Positions 1-13,778 of a stretch of DNA of 64,000 nt are shown here, piece by piece. The DNA is taken from assembly GCF_009914755.1 (NCBI RefSeq), contig NC_060925.1. One strand, 5' to 3'. The position numbers and the translations under genes were made by a program. This DNA comes from the human T2T-CHM13v2.0 reference genome, Homo sapiens. The notes beneath the pieces are model-generated. The model was not told the origin of the DNA. It was given only the letters and a program-made list of their open reading frames with translations, and did no database searches. The first letter of the stretch is position 1. Every line of letters begins with the position of its first letter.

Positions 1-199
1 CATAGGGGTTAATTAGTTGGACCCTAACACCAGGCTTGCTACAGTAAAACCTAGGTTGGTCAGACTCTCATGGCCTCTGACTCCAGGCCAGTACCCATGG
101 ACTGAGCTTTTAGATCTGCCTCAGTGCCAGGTGGGAGCCTATACACACTGTGAGGCAGATTTAATTTTCTATAAATTATAAATAAAAATTCTATACATA

Positions 200-745
200 A
201 TGGAAAACAGCATGGAAGTCCTCAAAAATTAAAAATAGTACTACTGTATGATCCAGCAATCTTACTTCTGTGTGTTTATCCAAATAAATTATAATTAGAA
301 TCTCTAAGAAATAGAGACACTATTTCATTGTGGCACTATGCACAATAGCCCAAGTTGTGAAAACGACCTGGAAATGTCCATTGACAGATGAATGGATAAA
401 GAAAATTTAGTATACAAATAAACTGAAATACTATTCAGCCTTAAAAAAGAGAAATTTTCAACATGTGACCACATGGATGAACCTTAAGGACATTAGGGTA
501 AGGGAAATAAGCCAGTCACAGAAAGGTGATAAATACTGCAGGATTCCACTTATCTGAGGTATCTAAAATAGGAAAACTTGTATAATCACAGACTGGAATG
601 GTAGTTGCCAAAGGCTGAGAGAAGGGGGAGATATGTAACTATTAATCAATGAGCATAAGATTTTAGTCAAGCAAAAGGAATAAGCTCTAGGGATGTGCTG
701 TACAACATTGTAATTATAATTAACAATAATGTACTATACTCGATG
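200..745 (+). mobile_element. L1MA/L1MB-type LINE-1 3' end
   Basis: ORF2 end and 3'UTR motifs (tatgatccagcaat, gatgaatggataaagaaaa, ataagccagtcacagaa). Confidence 0.85.
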
Positions 746-911
746 TTATAAAAAATTAGCAACTAATAATTAATAATATGACTCTTTTTTATGTACCAGA
801 AGAAAAAAAAATAAGATATTGCCAAATTAAGTTGTTTCCAAGTTATAAAGAGAGGGGAACAGAAATGGTCATTTGAACATTTGTTGAGACGATTAAAAAA
901 ATGCCAATACA

Positions 912-938
912 TACACACACACACACACACACACACAC
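912..938. repeat. (CA)n microsatellite
   Basis: Direct reading. Confidence 0.95.
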
Positions 939-2034
939 GCCCCTCAAGTAATTCTAAAGATGACAGAAAAAGAGGGCAAAAACACAAGAAAGATTAACAA
1001 AATAGAATATATCGATAAAGATGGAAGATTTTAATCTGGCCATATAAAAATTACCTTAAATACAAATTATCTAAACAATAAAATACAGAGGTTATCAAAT
1101 TGGTTAAATAATTGAGGGCCAACTCTATGCTATATTTAATAAACCAATTGTAAATACAAAGACAAAGTAAGTTTCAAAGTAAAATCATGGGAAAATATAT
1201 ACCACATCAACATTAACCAAAACAAAGCTGAAATAACTATAGTAATATTAGTCGAAGTAAAGTTTAGAAAAAGGAAATATTGCCAGTAATGAAGCAGGAC
1301 ATTGTATAACAATAAATTGGTCAATTCTGGAAGAAGAACTAACAATTCTAAATGTTTATACACCTAACAACAGAACTTCAAAAATAAATAAATGTAAAAA
1401 CCTCAGAGAATTGAAAATAAAAGCTGAAAGTTCACAATTATAGTCAAGACGTCAACACTCCTCTCTCAGTAGTTGATAGAACCAATATACACAAGTAGAT
1501 TGAATACACACAAATGATAGAAGCCATATAACCAAGTAAGATTATAAAAATATCTGAAAAACACTATCAACCAACTTAATCTAATGACATTATTATAATA
1601 TACTGACCACAACAGGGGAAAGTATATTTTTTCCCATCTGCATATGACAAAGTCATCAACATATACAGTATTCTGTGCCATAAAATATACTTTAACAAAA
1701 GTTAAATAATATAAATTACATCATGTATATTTTTGATTCATAACCAAATTATACTTGAAATCAGTAACAGAAAGATATCTTTACAATTCTCAAATATCTT
1801 AGCATGAAACACAGTTCTGAGTAGCACATTGGTCACAGAGAAAACCACAAAGGAATATAGAAAAAAAGGTTTAATTCTAAGCAAATAAAAATGCAACATA
1901 TCGAACTGTGTGGAATGCAGAAAGAGCAATGTTTAGAGGGATGTTTATCGCATAAAAGGCTTATATTGGAAAAGAAGTAAGGTCTCGAGTCATTGATGTA
2001 AGCTTCTACCTCATAGAAACTAGAAAAAGAAAAA

Positions 2035-2245
2035 AACAAAATTAGCTGGGCACGGTGGCGCCTGCCTGTAGTCCCAGCTAATCGGGAGGCTGAGGCAGGA
2101 GAATCGCTTGAACCTAGGAGGCTGAGGTTGCGTGAGCGGAGATCTCACCACTGCACTCCAGCCTGGGCGACAGAGCAAGACTCCATTTAAAAAAAGAAAG
2201 AAAGAAAGAAAAAACAAACAAACAAACAACAACAAAAAACAACAA
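2035..2245 (+). mobile_element. 5'-truncated AluS (right arm) with A-rich tail
   Basis: attagctgggcacggtggcg...gaatcgcttgaacc...gcaagactcc + A-rich tail. Confidence 0.92.
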
Positions 2246-2599
2246 GACAAGAGCCATTTAAACTGAATTCCTACAGCATCCAGAGCATAATAATAAAGAG
2301 CAGAAAGCAATAAAATTTAGAAAGAAAAAATAATAGAGAATATCAATGAAGCAGAAAGCTGTTTTTTTAAAAGAATTTGATAAGCTTTTTAAAATTTCAG
2401 CCAGATGACCAAGAATAAAAATAAAATAAACAAATTACAAATATCGTTGATAAAAAATGGACATATCATTAAAGTTTTCTGCAGATACTGAAAGCATAAA
2501 TCAATAGTGTGAACAGCTGTAAACTCTTAAATTTCACAACTTTGATGGAAAAGGAAAACTCCTTCAAATTACAAACTCCTAGCATTCCCTGAAGATTAG

Positions 2600-2820
2600 T
2601 TATTTTTTGCCACTTACCAATATTACAAACTTAGTAAGCAACATAAACAAAACAAATTTATTATCTAGCAGTTTTTTGGGTGAGGAGTCCAAGCATAGCT
2701 TGGTTGCACCTCTGCTTAGGGTGTTATCAAAAGAAAACCAAGATTTCAATCAGTGCTGTTGTTTCATTGATGTTCCAACAAATTTATTAAACCTATACCA
2801 GTTACTTTGTAATTATTAGA
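2600..2820 (-). mobile_element. MLT1 MaLR LTR fragment
   Basis: acaaatttattatct..gtt..gggt.aggagtccaagcatagct motif. Confidence 0.55.
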
Positions 2821-4524
2821 ATTCTTTTTAGATTTAGGAAAAATTAAATAAAAGCAAGGATGACCACTGATGCATTTCTAATCAAACTAGTGTGGAATGT
2901 CTAAATTAGCTAAATAAAGGAGGCAACAATGCAAGCTTAAAAATTGGAAATGAAGAAATAGAGTTGCCATTATTCTCATAGAAATACAGACATATGAACT
3001 ACATAGGAAACAAAAAAGTATCTCTAGACAGCTTGGTAAAAATGTCTAAAAAATATCTAAAAATCTCCTAGATATAAAAATTTCAATATATAACAATAAA
3101 CCATAGTTTTGTACATTAGCATTACAAAATTAGAACACGTAATTTCAAAAAGATATTATACACCAGAAAAACAAAATAGTAGGAAAAGTTATTAAATTAT
3201 GTCAAAATTTTCTTGAAGGTCCTCAATGGGATTGACGAACTTTATAAATCAAAAGTTTTGTTCTATTTTTTCTATGTCTGGAGACCAGGAACATAGAGTA
3301 GCTTCCCACTTCCTGGACCCGTAGAAATGTGACTCATTTTGTTACTTGTAAATTCTTCACATACCATATCATCTATTTTGATTATCGATAAGTATCACAC
3401 ATTTATATAATTACTATAAAATGATACATGCTTTTTATGCTTTACAAATAATTATGCTTTATTTAATAGGCTATGAAATGATGCATACATTTAGTAATCA
3501 TAGCTAAATTTTTATGATTATAAGTGACAGATGTCTGTAGCTTGAAATCATTTTAACTTGACATTTTCAATTATATAGCTATATTGATGAAAGAAGACTA
3601 AGAAGCTCTCAGATGACAAATCCCATTATATCAACTTTATGTATAGCTGTCAAGATCTAATAATTCCAAAGGGATATAACTGTTCTTGACTAAAAATGCA
3701 CAGGGAAGGTCCTCTTGGCAATTTGAAATGCAATATAATCGCTCAGATATAAATGATAAAAAAGATTACGAGTCTATATTTTAACTTTCAGTTATCCTTG
3801 AAAAATGATACTTTGAACTTGAAGCAATAATTAACCAGTAAGATTATACTGCTTAGCAAATTTATGTAATCTGTTTATTTGCCACAAATGTTTAAATAAA
3901 TGTGTGATTTGGAGTTTATAATCAGTGTTGGAGACATTAGATTGTTTAGATTTTAAGATTCCTTCTGTCTAATATTTCTTTCAGCACCTTGCAACTCAGT
4001 CCTTTTCAATCAATATTTGAAGGGCAATTTTCACACAAAGCATCATGTTTAGTTCTAATACTTTCACAGAAACCTCTTTGTATCACAGCACAATTCTGAT
4101 CTATTAAAAATTATCATGAATTGTTTCTATTAAGGTTATAATAAAACCCCTCTTAATTTATCCTGTTTTAATTTTTCTTTAGTTTTTGAAAATGTTATAT
4201 TTTAATTGTTAAGCCTTAAATAAATATAAGGGTCTTCTGTTTATTACTGAACAGATTAAAAATTCACATATATACATATATTTTGAATATTGAATATAAA
4301 ACGGGATGGTGGTTAGGATTGAAGAACTAATAATTATTTTAAAAAATATTTTAAAATATTGACATAATCTTCTAATTTCTCTTTGATACTTGCCCTGTGA
4401 TTTCCACGTAAATGTTTTGCAGAAACTATGATGTCTCACAAACTATTTATCAATGATTAACTGAACTCAATAATTCCTTCTCCACTCTTGAACTCCCTGC
4501 TACATTTTGAAACATGTAAATCAT

Positions 4525-4800
4525 TTTTTGAGATATAATTGATGAAAATAAACTGCACGTGGTTAAAGTTTATAAAATTTAATACATTTTAATATATGCA
4601 TACACTGGTAAAATCATTATCATAATCAAGATGATGAACATATCTGTAACCCTCAAAGGTTGCTTATGACCACCCTTGATAATCACAACTGTTAAGGCCT
4701 TTTGTCTCTCCAGGTAACCACTGACCTGCTCTCTATTTCTGTACCTCAGTTTGCATTTCCCAGTATATCCTGTAAATAGAATTATGCATAAGACTCTATT
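4525..4800 (-). mobile_element. L1M 3' end, antisense
   Basis: ttttgagatataattga...ccaggtaaccactgacctgctctct. Confidence 0.7.
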
Positions 4801-5108
4801 TTAGCCCAAGATAGTTTAACTGGTCTGTAGTAGTAATACAGATATTAGAAATGGAGGTTGGATTTGAATAGTCAGGTAAGGCCCTACTGAAAATGAGATA
4901 AACTCCTGAAATGATAAGAGAATTAACCATTTACATACCTGTGAATAAAATGCTATGGATAGAAGCATAGCATATGCAAACACTCTGACAGACACAGGGG
5001 CATGCTTTATGGGTTCTTGGAGTAGCAAGGAGGCCAGCGTAGTTGTAACAAAGTGAATGATGTGGAGGGTGGTATGAGATTAAGTCAGAGGTATAATATG
5101 GTGTCTGT

Positions 5109-5589
5109 AGTGTTAGTTTACTAGGGCTGCCATAACGAAGTATTACAAACTGGTTGTCTTAAATAACAGAAATTTATTGTCTTACAGTTCTAGAGCACGA
5201 AGTCCAAGATCAAGGTTTTGGCACAATTGGTTTCTTCTGAGGGGTCTCATAGAAGGATCTGTTCCATGCAATCACCTAGCTTTTGGTAATTTGTTCACAA
5301 TCTTTGATGTTCATTGGCTTGTAAAAGCATCACCACAATCTCTGTCTTTATTTTCAAATGGCACTCTCTCTCTCTCTCTCTCTGTATGTGTCTAAATGTA
5401 CTCTTCTTAAAAGAATACTAGTCATATAGGATTAGAGGCCCACCCCACTCCTGTATAAACTCATTGTAACGTAATTGATTACATCTCCAACAACCCTATT
5501 TTCAAATAAGGTCATGTTCTGAGGTACTGTGACTTGGGACTTCAATATATCAATTTTGGGAGAATGGTGGCACAATTCAACCCATAACA
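5109..5589 (-). mobile_element. MLT1C-like solo LTR
   Basis: tagggctgccataacgaagta...cacaattcaacccataaca termini. Confidence 0.85.
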
Positions 5590-5619
5590 AAAATTCAACC
5601 CATAAAATGGTATAAACCA

Positions 5620-6725
5620 TCAAACATTTAGAGACAAAATTATACCAATATTAAATACATTATTTCAGAAAAGAGGGAAGAAGGCTACAGTTCCCTATTC
5701 ATTTTATGATGGCATCATAAACTTAATACAAAAATAAGACAAAGACATTATGAAGAAAGAAAATTATAGACCAATATCTTCCATGAACACAGAGAGCAAA
5801 ATGTTTAATTAAATCTTATGAAATAGAATCCTGTAATATATAGAAAGGATAGTGTATTACAAACACATTGTGTTTGTTCTATGGAAGCAAGCTTGATTTG
5901 TCATAAATCATATTAATCAATCAAATTAATAAAAATGAGAATAAAAATATAAATAACTCAGCAAATTATGTAAAATTTGATGTAATTCAGCAAAGTATTA
6001 TAAAAATTATCAAAGTAGAGATTGCCTGGTATTTCTTCATTCAGATGAAGGGCACTGCTAACTGCCTAAAGATAATGTTGCCCTTAATAGTTAGACATTG
6101 CACAGTCTTTTTCATAAGGATCAGAAATAAAGGAAGGATGCACATTTGTACACTTCTATTCACTAGTACACTGGAAGTCTAGGCTGATGCTGTAAGGAAA
6201 GGAAAACAAATAAATAGCATAATGTTCTGAAAGGGATAAGCAAAGCATATATCTACACAAAGATTCATGTGTTCTAATTCAGAGAAATTTTATTCATAAT
6301 ATTCACAAACTTATTTGTAAGTTACTTACATATCTGTTAATAGGAGAATGATAGGCAAATTGTACCATATTCATATAATGGGACATTGTGCAATAAACAC
6401 AATCAAACTACTAATATGAACAACATGGATGAATCATATATGCACTATTCTGTGAGAAAGAAGATGGACATAAAGTAGAACATAAGGCATGATGCCATTT
6501 ATATTAAGTTCCTGAATAGGAAAAAATAGTCCATGGTCATAGATGTAGAAAATGATTGTCTAGTAGTGGGGGAAGCGACTGGAAAAGATACATTCAAACT
6601 TGCTGAGAACATTGTTATGTTTTCTATCTTGTGTGTTTGTTACATAGGTGTCTACAGTTGTCAAAAGTCATGTAACGGAACATCTAAGAGTGCTACATTT
6701 TGTTTTCTGTAAATTATACCTCAAC
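5620..6725 (+). mobile_element. L1ME-type fragments (ORF2 and 3' end)
   Basis: aaattatagaccaatatct, aacatggatgaatc, gtaaattatacctcaa. Confidence 0.75.
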
Positions 6726-6769
6726 AAATGAATGAATGAATATGAATGAACCTATAAGTCACAAATGAC

Positions 6770-7568
6770 CACCCTGCATCTTCCTATCCTGATTGTCATC
6801 TCTCCTCCTCAAAGAATGGTAAAAAGCACCTAGCCTCAATGAACACTATTAATGATGGGATGGTTCTAGATTTTTCCAGTGTGTTGTAGTGAGGTGAATC
6901 TTGGAAATCACTGTCACAGCATTATATTTTAGAGAAAGAAATTAAAGATGTAGGAAATTCAGTTATATATCTAAATTCACTTAGCAATATAGCTGCAAGT
7001 TTGGTTATTTTAGCCCGTGTTTTAAAATATTTTAGTTGGTAATTATTTTTCATAATAATAGATCTTAAGGTAATAAAACAACTCAAAGCAACTAAAAGAT
7101 TAAGCATTGAAAATATTTTATCTTACGAGAAGACGGCTTACACCCTGGAGTAAGAATCATTCAGAAGTCTATTAATCTACCCTAAGAAGGATATTATCTG
7201 TAGAAAATATTGACAACAGAAGGGAAAATAACACCTAAGATGTACATTTTTGGTAAAAATTATCTCATATGAGTTTAGGTAAATTTAGGTCAAATAAATT
7301 GTTATATTTATTATCCTGAAATATATTTTAAAGCCAAATAGTGGTATGTTTTCTATATCTGCCTGAGAGTTCTGAATCTTGATCATAATTATGATTCTAT
7401 CATTTTGTTAGTCAGAGGACTCTTACAGACAGTTCTCAGTGTAGCATCCCAGTACCCTCTAAAGTGACTTGCTGGCAGTCAGTTTTCTATTCTATATAAT
7501 GATGTAAGATAGTGTAAAGATGTGATGACTTCTACAAAAATTCGAGGTTTTCTCCTTCAGGGAAACAT

Positions 7569-7604
<36 letters not shown>

Positions 7605-7935
7605 CCCACTGAAAATGTGTTCTAATTATCTTTGTCAACTTGCTTTTTCTTCATGTCACTCTAACAATTCTTTCCATGTTTACTTGGACAGGGAGAAAAA
7701 ATAGTAGCTTTCCCTCTTTCCTCCTGACAGTTACCAGACTCATAGAAGTCCAACATCTGTTAAGACACAGCTTTGCTCTGATTATTTTATTCCCTGTGAT
7801 CACTCTTTACTCCATTTAAATTTGTGGACAGCAAGTTTTCTAGAGTCTCAGTAATTTCTTGGTATGAGTTGTTGAAAGATATTCCCTGCTTTATGTGTTC
7901 TAATGAGCCCAGTGGTTCAATCTGAGTGTCTGTGT
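6770..7935 (-). pseudogene. Pseudo-exon cluster: 7935-7811, 7756-7684, 7491-7427, 7197-7142, 6910-~6770
   Basis: All five have AG acceptors; the first four have GT donors. Phases 1>0>1>0>2 join without frameshift: ..TLENLLSTNLNG|MLDFYESGNCQEERGKATIFSPCP|K*KTDCQQVTLEGTGMLH*ELS|IISFLG*INRLLNDSYSRV|DFQDSPHYNTL. Confidence 0.7.
7569..7603. repeat. Interrupted (CA)n microsatellite
   Basis: Direct reading. Confidence 0.9.
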
Positions 7936-9757
7936 CTGGTGAAAATAATAAGCCTGGCAACTCTGTTAGTCACAGACATGTCTGCAATGAAGGGTGCAAC
8001 GAGCTTCAGGTTTAAAATAGACCTTTCTATTTGAAGCAAATAGGGTTTCAAACACTCATACTGGATTTTCTTTTCTTTTTATTTTTGCATCAGGTGGCAT
8101 TTTAAAATTATAAAGATATACCACAAATCTAGAATTGTCTTTTTAATATTATTTTTATCTCATTCAGAAAAACAAAACAAAACCAGCAATACATATTACC
8201 CCATGAAATGTTAGCCTCAGGAGGCTTCAAAAAAGTCACACATTGTTTAAATGTAATCTGTAATCTGTCGAGAATTTTCCTAGTTGAGGTCAGAGGTTAG
8301 AAATCCAAATAGTTAAGCAGTAAGCAGTAGTGAATTTTCTAAGATCTTGTTTAAATATATTGTAATATATGGTAGTTTAAAAATGTATTTGAAAGCAATA
8401 AAAATAACATTCTAATATTATTATACTGAACAGATTATTATTCTATTTTGTGTGTGTATATGTGTGGGTATTTTACTGTCCTGAAAAAGCCCTTAGCTTG
8501 TTTAGACCCAAATTAATCCTTTTAGATTTGAATTATGTTGTTAGGAAAATATGTCTTCTGAATTTAGTCTGTAATATTTTGGACTATTAATCTATTATAT
8601 CACATATGTATATTTTCAATATTAATTAGAAATGCCTGCCAGTTACAGAGATTTCATATCACAAATTTTATAATTTCAGTGTTTTGTTTGATGGCGGACA
8701 AATACAAAATTACTTTGCTCTCGAAGTGGATATTTCATTTTAACCATACTTTCAATTTTTTTTTTGTTTTCTAATAAGTGATTAACAACCAGATTTAACA
8801 CATTTGAAATGCAATATGTATAGAATGACAAAAATGTTTAAGAAACTGATGAAAAGCCTTTCATTGAACCATTTTTTTATTGCCATGCATTTAAGTTTAC
8901 TTTTTTCAGTTGTTTCAAGTATTTGCATTTTGAAAACACAGTTCATTTTATTGTTTAGGACTGTTTAGGCATATAAAATAGTTTCTAACAGGCGGCTACT
9001 TTAATAAAAAATGCATACTTACAGCAGCAAAATTCATTTCATGATTTCTTCTCTTATACAGATATTTTTGGTTTAATTTGATTTAATTTTGGGTGTTTTT
9101 TTGTTGTTGCTGTCTTTTTAATTTTGATTTGTTTGGCATTGATCAATATAGTTTATTCTAGTAGTAACTCAGAAGAACACATTTTGGACAGGAGAAAAAT
9201 CAAAAAGAGTATTTAGTGTTTCTAATTTTACTTAGAGTATCTCTGACAGAATTTTTTTTTTTCAGGAATCTAGGGTGTCAGTAATATACTGAAAGAGTTC
9301 ATAGAGTTTTCAGAGAGGTCCAATTTATAAATAAGAAATAGTTTAGATATAGAAAGCACCTGGACCTACCATTTATGCTCCTTGAAGAAAGTAGGCATAA
9401 TATTTCATGTGATTTTTCTGCCCAGTGATTTCCCAGTGGTGAGAAAGTTGCCTCTGGAAATTGGAGTGTTATTTGGATTCAGGTTTTCTATCAATTTTAA
9501 TAGTTAAATTTGCGAAGCACATTAAAAAAATAACTTGACTGAACATGGGTAAATGTGGAATAAGCATCCCAGTTTTTTAATGCCATTAATCAGTGAATCT
9601 TAGGTAAAAACTGAGGTACTTCCTCTTTCTGAGAAGTTTGCTATGAAGTTAGATACAGTTTGATATCACTGAAAGCATCCTGAAATTCTCTTATGAAAGT
9701 ATCAGTCAAGCCCAAATGTACTGTGAACACAATTATTTAAAGTAATATTGACACACT

Positions 9758-9920
9758 GGTGGCATGCACCTGTAGTCTCAGCTTCTTGGGAGACTGAGGC
9801 AGGAGGATTGCTCGAGCCTAGGAGTTTGAGGCTGTAGTGTACTATGATTGCACCTGTGAGTAGTCTCTGTGAATAGTCATTGCACTTCAACCTGGGCAAA
9901 ATAATGACACCTGTCTCTTA
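9758..9920 (+). mobile_element. FAM (fossil Alu monomer)
   Basis: ctatgattgcacctgtga..ctgtgaatagtcattgcac FAM-diagnostic segment. Confidence 0.8.
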
Positions 9921-10134
9921 AGAAATTGTTATCAACCTTTGATAAAAAGTATAAATTATTATACAGTCATATTTTAAAATTACATTAAGAAGGAAAATAT
10001 TTTATAACTGATCTTGCCTAACTTATAATCATAATTGTTGTATAGTATTGTTGAAAGTGATTATAAATAGATAATGAAACAATGTGTATCATTTATCTAA
10101 CGCACTATAAGGAGATTTAAATATTTTGTTTTCT

Positions 10135-10535
<401 letters not shown>

Positions 10536-12343
10536 TTATATAAATACAAATTGATATGTATTATTTCATTGTACCAGAATGAAAAATGTAAGCCGAGTTA
10601 AGTTACATATGGATATTTGCATATAAGTTAATAATCAAATAATTTTCAAGTCTTAAACTTTAATTTTATATTTTGAACATTATATTTGGAACTCGTTTTC
10701 TGCAGTTTACCTTAAGCAGATAGATAACCCAATTACATCGTCAATTAAATTTAGCCCTTTATAAATGACTATATAACATCAATTCGATTTAGTCTTTTAT
10801 GTGAGCATCTCCTTAAAGATCTTTATTAGTGTATATGGTCAATGACAGTCTCCTAAATTTTCAGCAAACTCTTTAAAATAATTTTGAAATCTACATAAAA
10901 ATTGCATATTTTAAATTAGCATTAACTATTTTCATCATACTTAAAATTAACTCAAAATAACATACATTTTGTGTTATTAGCCTTAAAGCATATATTACTT
11001 TGGAAAGCTATCTAATGAAATATAAATACTGTAGTACATTGATTCCCATTTTTGCCCATTTACATAAACTGTTTAAAATAAATTTTAAATTGTTCCTTTT
11101 ATTCTTTGAACACATATTCACTTTCTATTTGCCTCACATGTTATTGTACCATATTTTTATTCTAGTAATTCATCTACTAATTATTTTAGTCATGCTTCTC
11201 TATAATAACAATGCAAAAATAAATTGAATTAGAAAAATTATTTCCTATGATTATAATACGCCTATGTTGACAGATTGTTTTTCCTGGATTGAGGTGATAC
11301 TACAATTATTATTAGTGTCTAATTTGGTAAAATGTAAATACTGTATAATTTGGTAATTATTAAACATAAAAAACAAAGTAGTATCTGAAGTTATTTGCTT
11401 AATGAGATGACTAAGGTTGTTTTGTTTTGCTTTGTTTTGCTTCTTAATCAGTGCATGCATTTGTAAAATAAATTATGGCTAGAAAAAGACAATATTTGAT
11501 ATCAATTCATTTTCTAATGTTTTCAACAATTGAAGATGTTAATTATAAAAAATTCGCAAAAATAAGTCAATTGGAATTGTAGAAAATTTTTATAACAATG
11601 TATCTATTTTTAAAACTCATTCTAAGTTTGTATTGAATATAATATAAAAGGAGTTTTATTTTTAGTTACAGAGAGTAGAAGGAAGATAATTTGAAACTAC
11701 TTTACTTTTGGAAAGTACGTAACCCTGTCATTAGAATCGTTGACTGTAACACATTCTGAGAAAAAGATATTCCAAAATATCACCAATATAATCAAATTAT
11801 TATTAATTATACTTTTTAAACTTACAGGTACCTTTTCCCCTATTTTTCTTTTCTTTTTCTTCTTTTTTTTCTAGTCAAATAAAGCATTGGGAGTGGAGAT
11901 GGAACAAAGAAGTCGGTAACTGATTTTGTTTACAAGCATCTTTTATCCCTGATAGACCAAATGTTACAAAAATGGAAATAATACGGATTTCATCATGCCT
12001 TTGTCAATAAAACATTTTACATATACTTTTAATTGTTACTTCCTTCAATATTTTGTCAAAAATGAAATTTCATGTTTATCTAATTTTATGAAAAATATTC
12101 AGCATATGAACCATTTGGTAAAGATAGACTATAATTCTATTTAGTCAAAGCAAACTTAGACATCTGATTTTTCTAGTTCAAAATTACAACATAATGCATA
12201 CTCATAAGAAATGTAAGATTTCTAAAATTTAATTCTAAGAGAGATAAAACAACAAAAGGTATAACCTTGCTGCTAGGTTGTTGTCTGGGTACTAATAAAG
12301 CTAGGTAGACTCAGTATCTCTTTTTAAGAATTTTTTATTTTAC

Positions 12344-12538
12344 TTTCCTGGTACTCTCTCTTCAAGTGATATATTCTTTGACTGTGATGGAGGAAGAAAT
12401 GCCTTTAAAGAAAAATTTCCAGAATGTATTTCTTTGAGTGATACCCAGGAGATTTTTATACTCAAGAGTAATACATCAGAGTAAGATTCTGGATTGCTGA
12501 GAGGCTTGCCTTTCTTTTGTAAAGTGTGAGAAAAGCAA
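12344..12538 (-). pseudogene. Candidate pseudo-exon (195 nt, phase 2-2, open)
   Basis: Acceptor ccttgcttctcAG, donor AA|GTAAAA; reads CFSHTLQKKGKPLSNPESYSDVLLLSIKISW...; no RGS motif recognised. Confidence 0.35.
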
Positions 12539-12744
12539 CTGAGAAGCAAGGTGAAAATGGAGATCCTGAGGGAAGTGAAAGATATGAAAATTAGTTCTCT
12601 GCATACCTCTGGGAAATTTTTTATGTACTTCAGTTCTACTGTATCTCAATATGGAGAACACTGATATATGAGAAAAACTTAAGCTTCTTAACAAATATAT
12701 TCAATGACCTCCCTGATCCAGTGGTGAATTACTTATATAAATTT

Positions 12745-13275
12745 TTCTTATTGAGGTTAAGATATGCATATACATAACATTGGATTTATCATTTTAGCCA
12801 TTCTTAAGTTACATTTCACTAGCATTAAGTTCACTCACACTGTTGGCGCACAGCCCCACTATCCATTTTCAGAACTTTTTCATTATGCCAAGCTGAGACT
12901 CTGTATCCATTAAACAGTAACTCTCCTAATTCCCCATTACTTGCCTCTCCCAGCCCCCGGAAACCACTATTCTACTTCCAATCTCTTTGAATTTGAGACT
13001 ATTATAGGCACTTCACATAAGTAAATTATACAATATGTGCTCCTCCCTTGTCTGGTTTATTTCACTCAGCATAATGTTTTCAAGTTTTATCCAGGTTGTC
13101 GCATTTATTAGAATTTCATTCCTTCTTAAAGTTGAATAATATTCCATTGTGTGTATGTACCACATTTTCTTTATCCATTCATTTGTTGATGGACATTTGT
13201 GTGTTTCTACCTTTTGGCTACTGTGAAGAATATTACTATGCACATTGTTGTATAAATCCAAGTTACTGTTTGAAT
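12745..13275 (-). mobile_element. L1MB-type 3' end, antisense
   Basis: ORF 13013-13336 encodes L1 ORF2 C-terminus (KCPSTNEWIKKMWYIHTMEYY). Confidence 0.9.
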
Positions 13276-13691
13276 TCTTTGACACTGCATGCCAAACTTT
13301 TCTATCCACATCTCCCTTTCCATGCTGAGTTACCAAATCTGCAATTGCCTTCCTATATTAATATGCTTTTCCAACATAATGGCTCCCTCCTGTTTCTCCA
13401 TTTATATTATTTTTATTGCTACTCTTTGTTTGCCAAATCCCAATTTAATTAAACAATTCTGCATATAAATGTCGCTATATAAAATTTAAGGGATAAGGTC
13501 ATATATATTTTACATATGTTTTATCTTTTATGCATCATATATTTTACTTGATTCACCTCAATATCTAAGATAATTTAAAAAATGGTAGGTAATTTAGAAG
13601 TTATTTTTGGAAGCCATAGCAGGAGGAGTTAAATCTGAACAATTCCAAGCAGGCTTCAGAATAATTTACAAATACTAAGACTAATAATAAA

Positions 13692-13778
13692 TCAATAAGT
13701 AGATTTCTTATAAATAATGCAAAAATAACCTAATAATAAGGTAATTTCTGCATTATTTATAAGAAATCTACTTATTGA
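13692..13778. repeat. 87-bp inverted repeat (40-bp arms, 2 mismatches, 7-nt loop)
   Basis: 13692-13731 is the reverse complement of 13739-13778; outer 30 bp perfect. Confidence 0.95.

Larger units (their letters stand above)
760..2600 (+). mobile_element. Old L1M fragment (ORF2 endonuclease region), interrupted by an Alu
   Basis: A-rich degenerate L1 ORF2 motifs (cacctaacaacagaacttcaaaa, aagaaactagaaaaaga). Confidence 0.75.

Noticed and set aside
5574-5604. Duplicated aattcaacccataa at the MLT1 terminus
   Set aside because: Trivial local slippage.
11875-11915. Plus-strand 41-nt micro-exon (long pyrimidine tract, AG...G|GTAAC)
   Set aside because: Isolated, with no partner plus-strand exons; T-rich tracts are common here.
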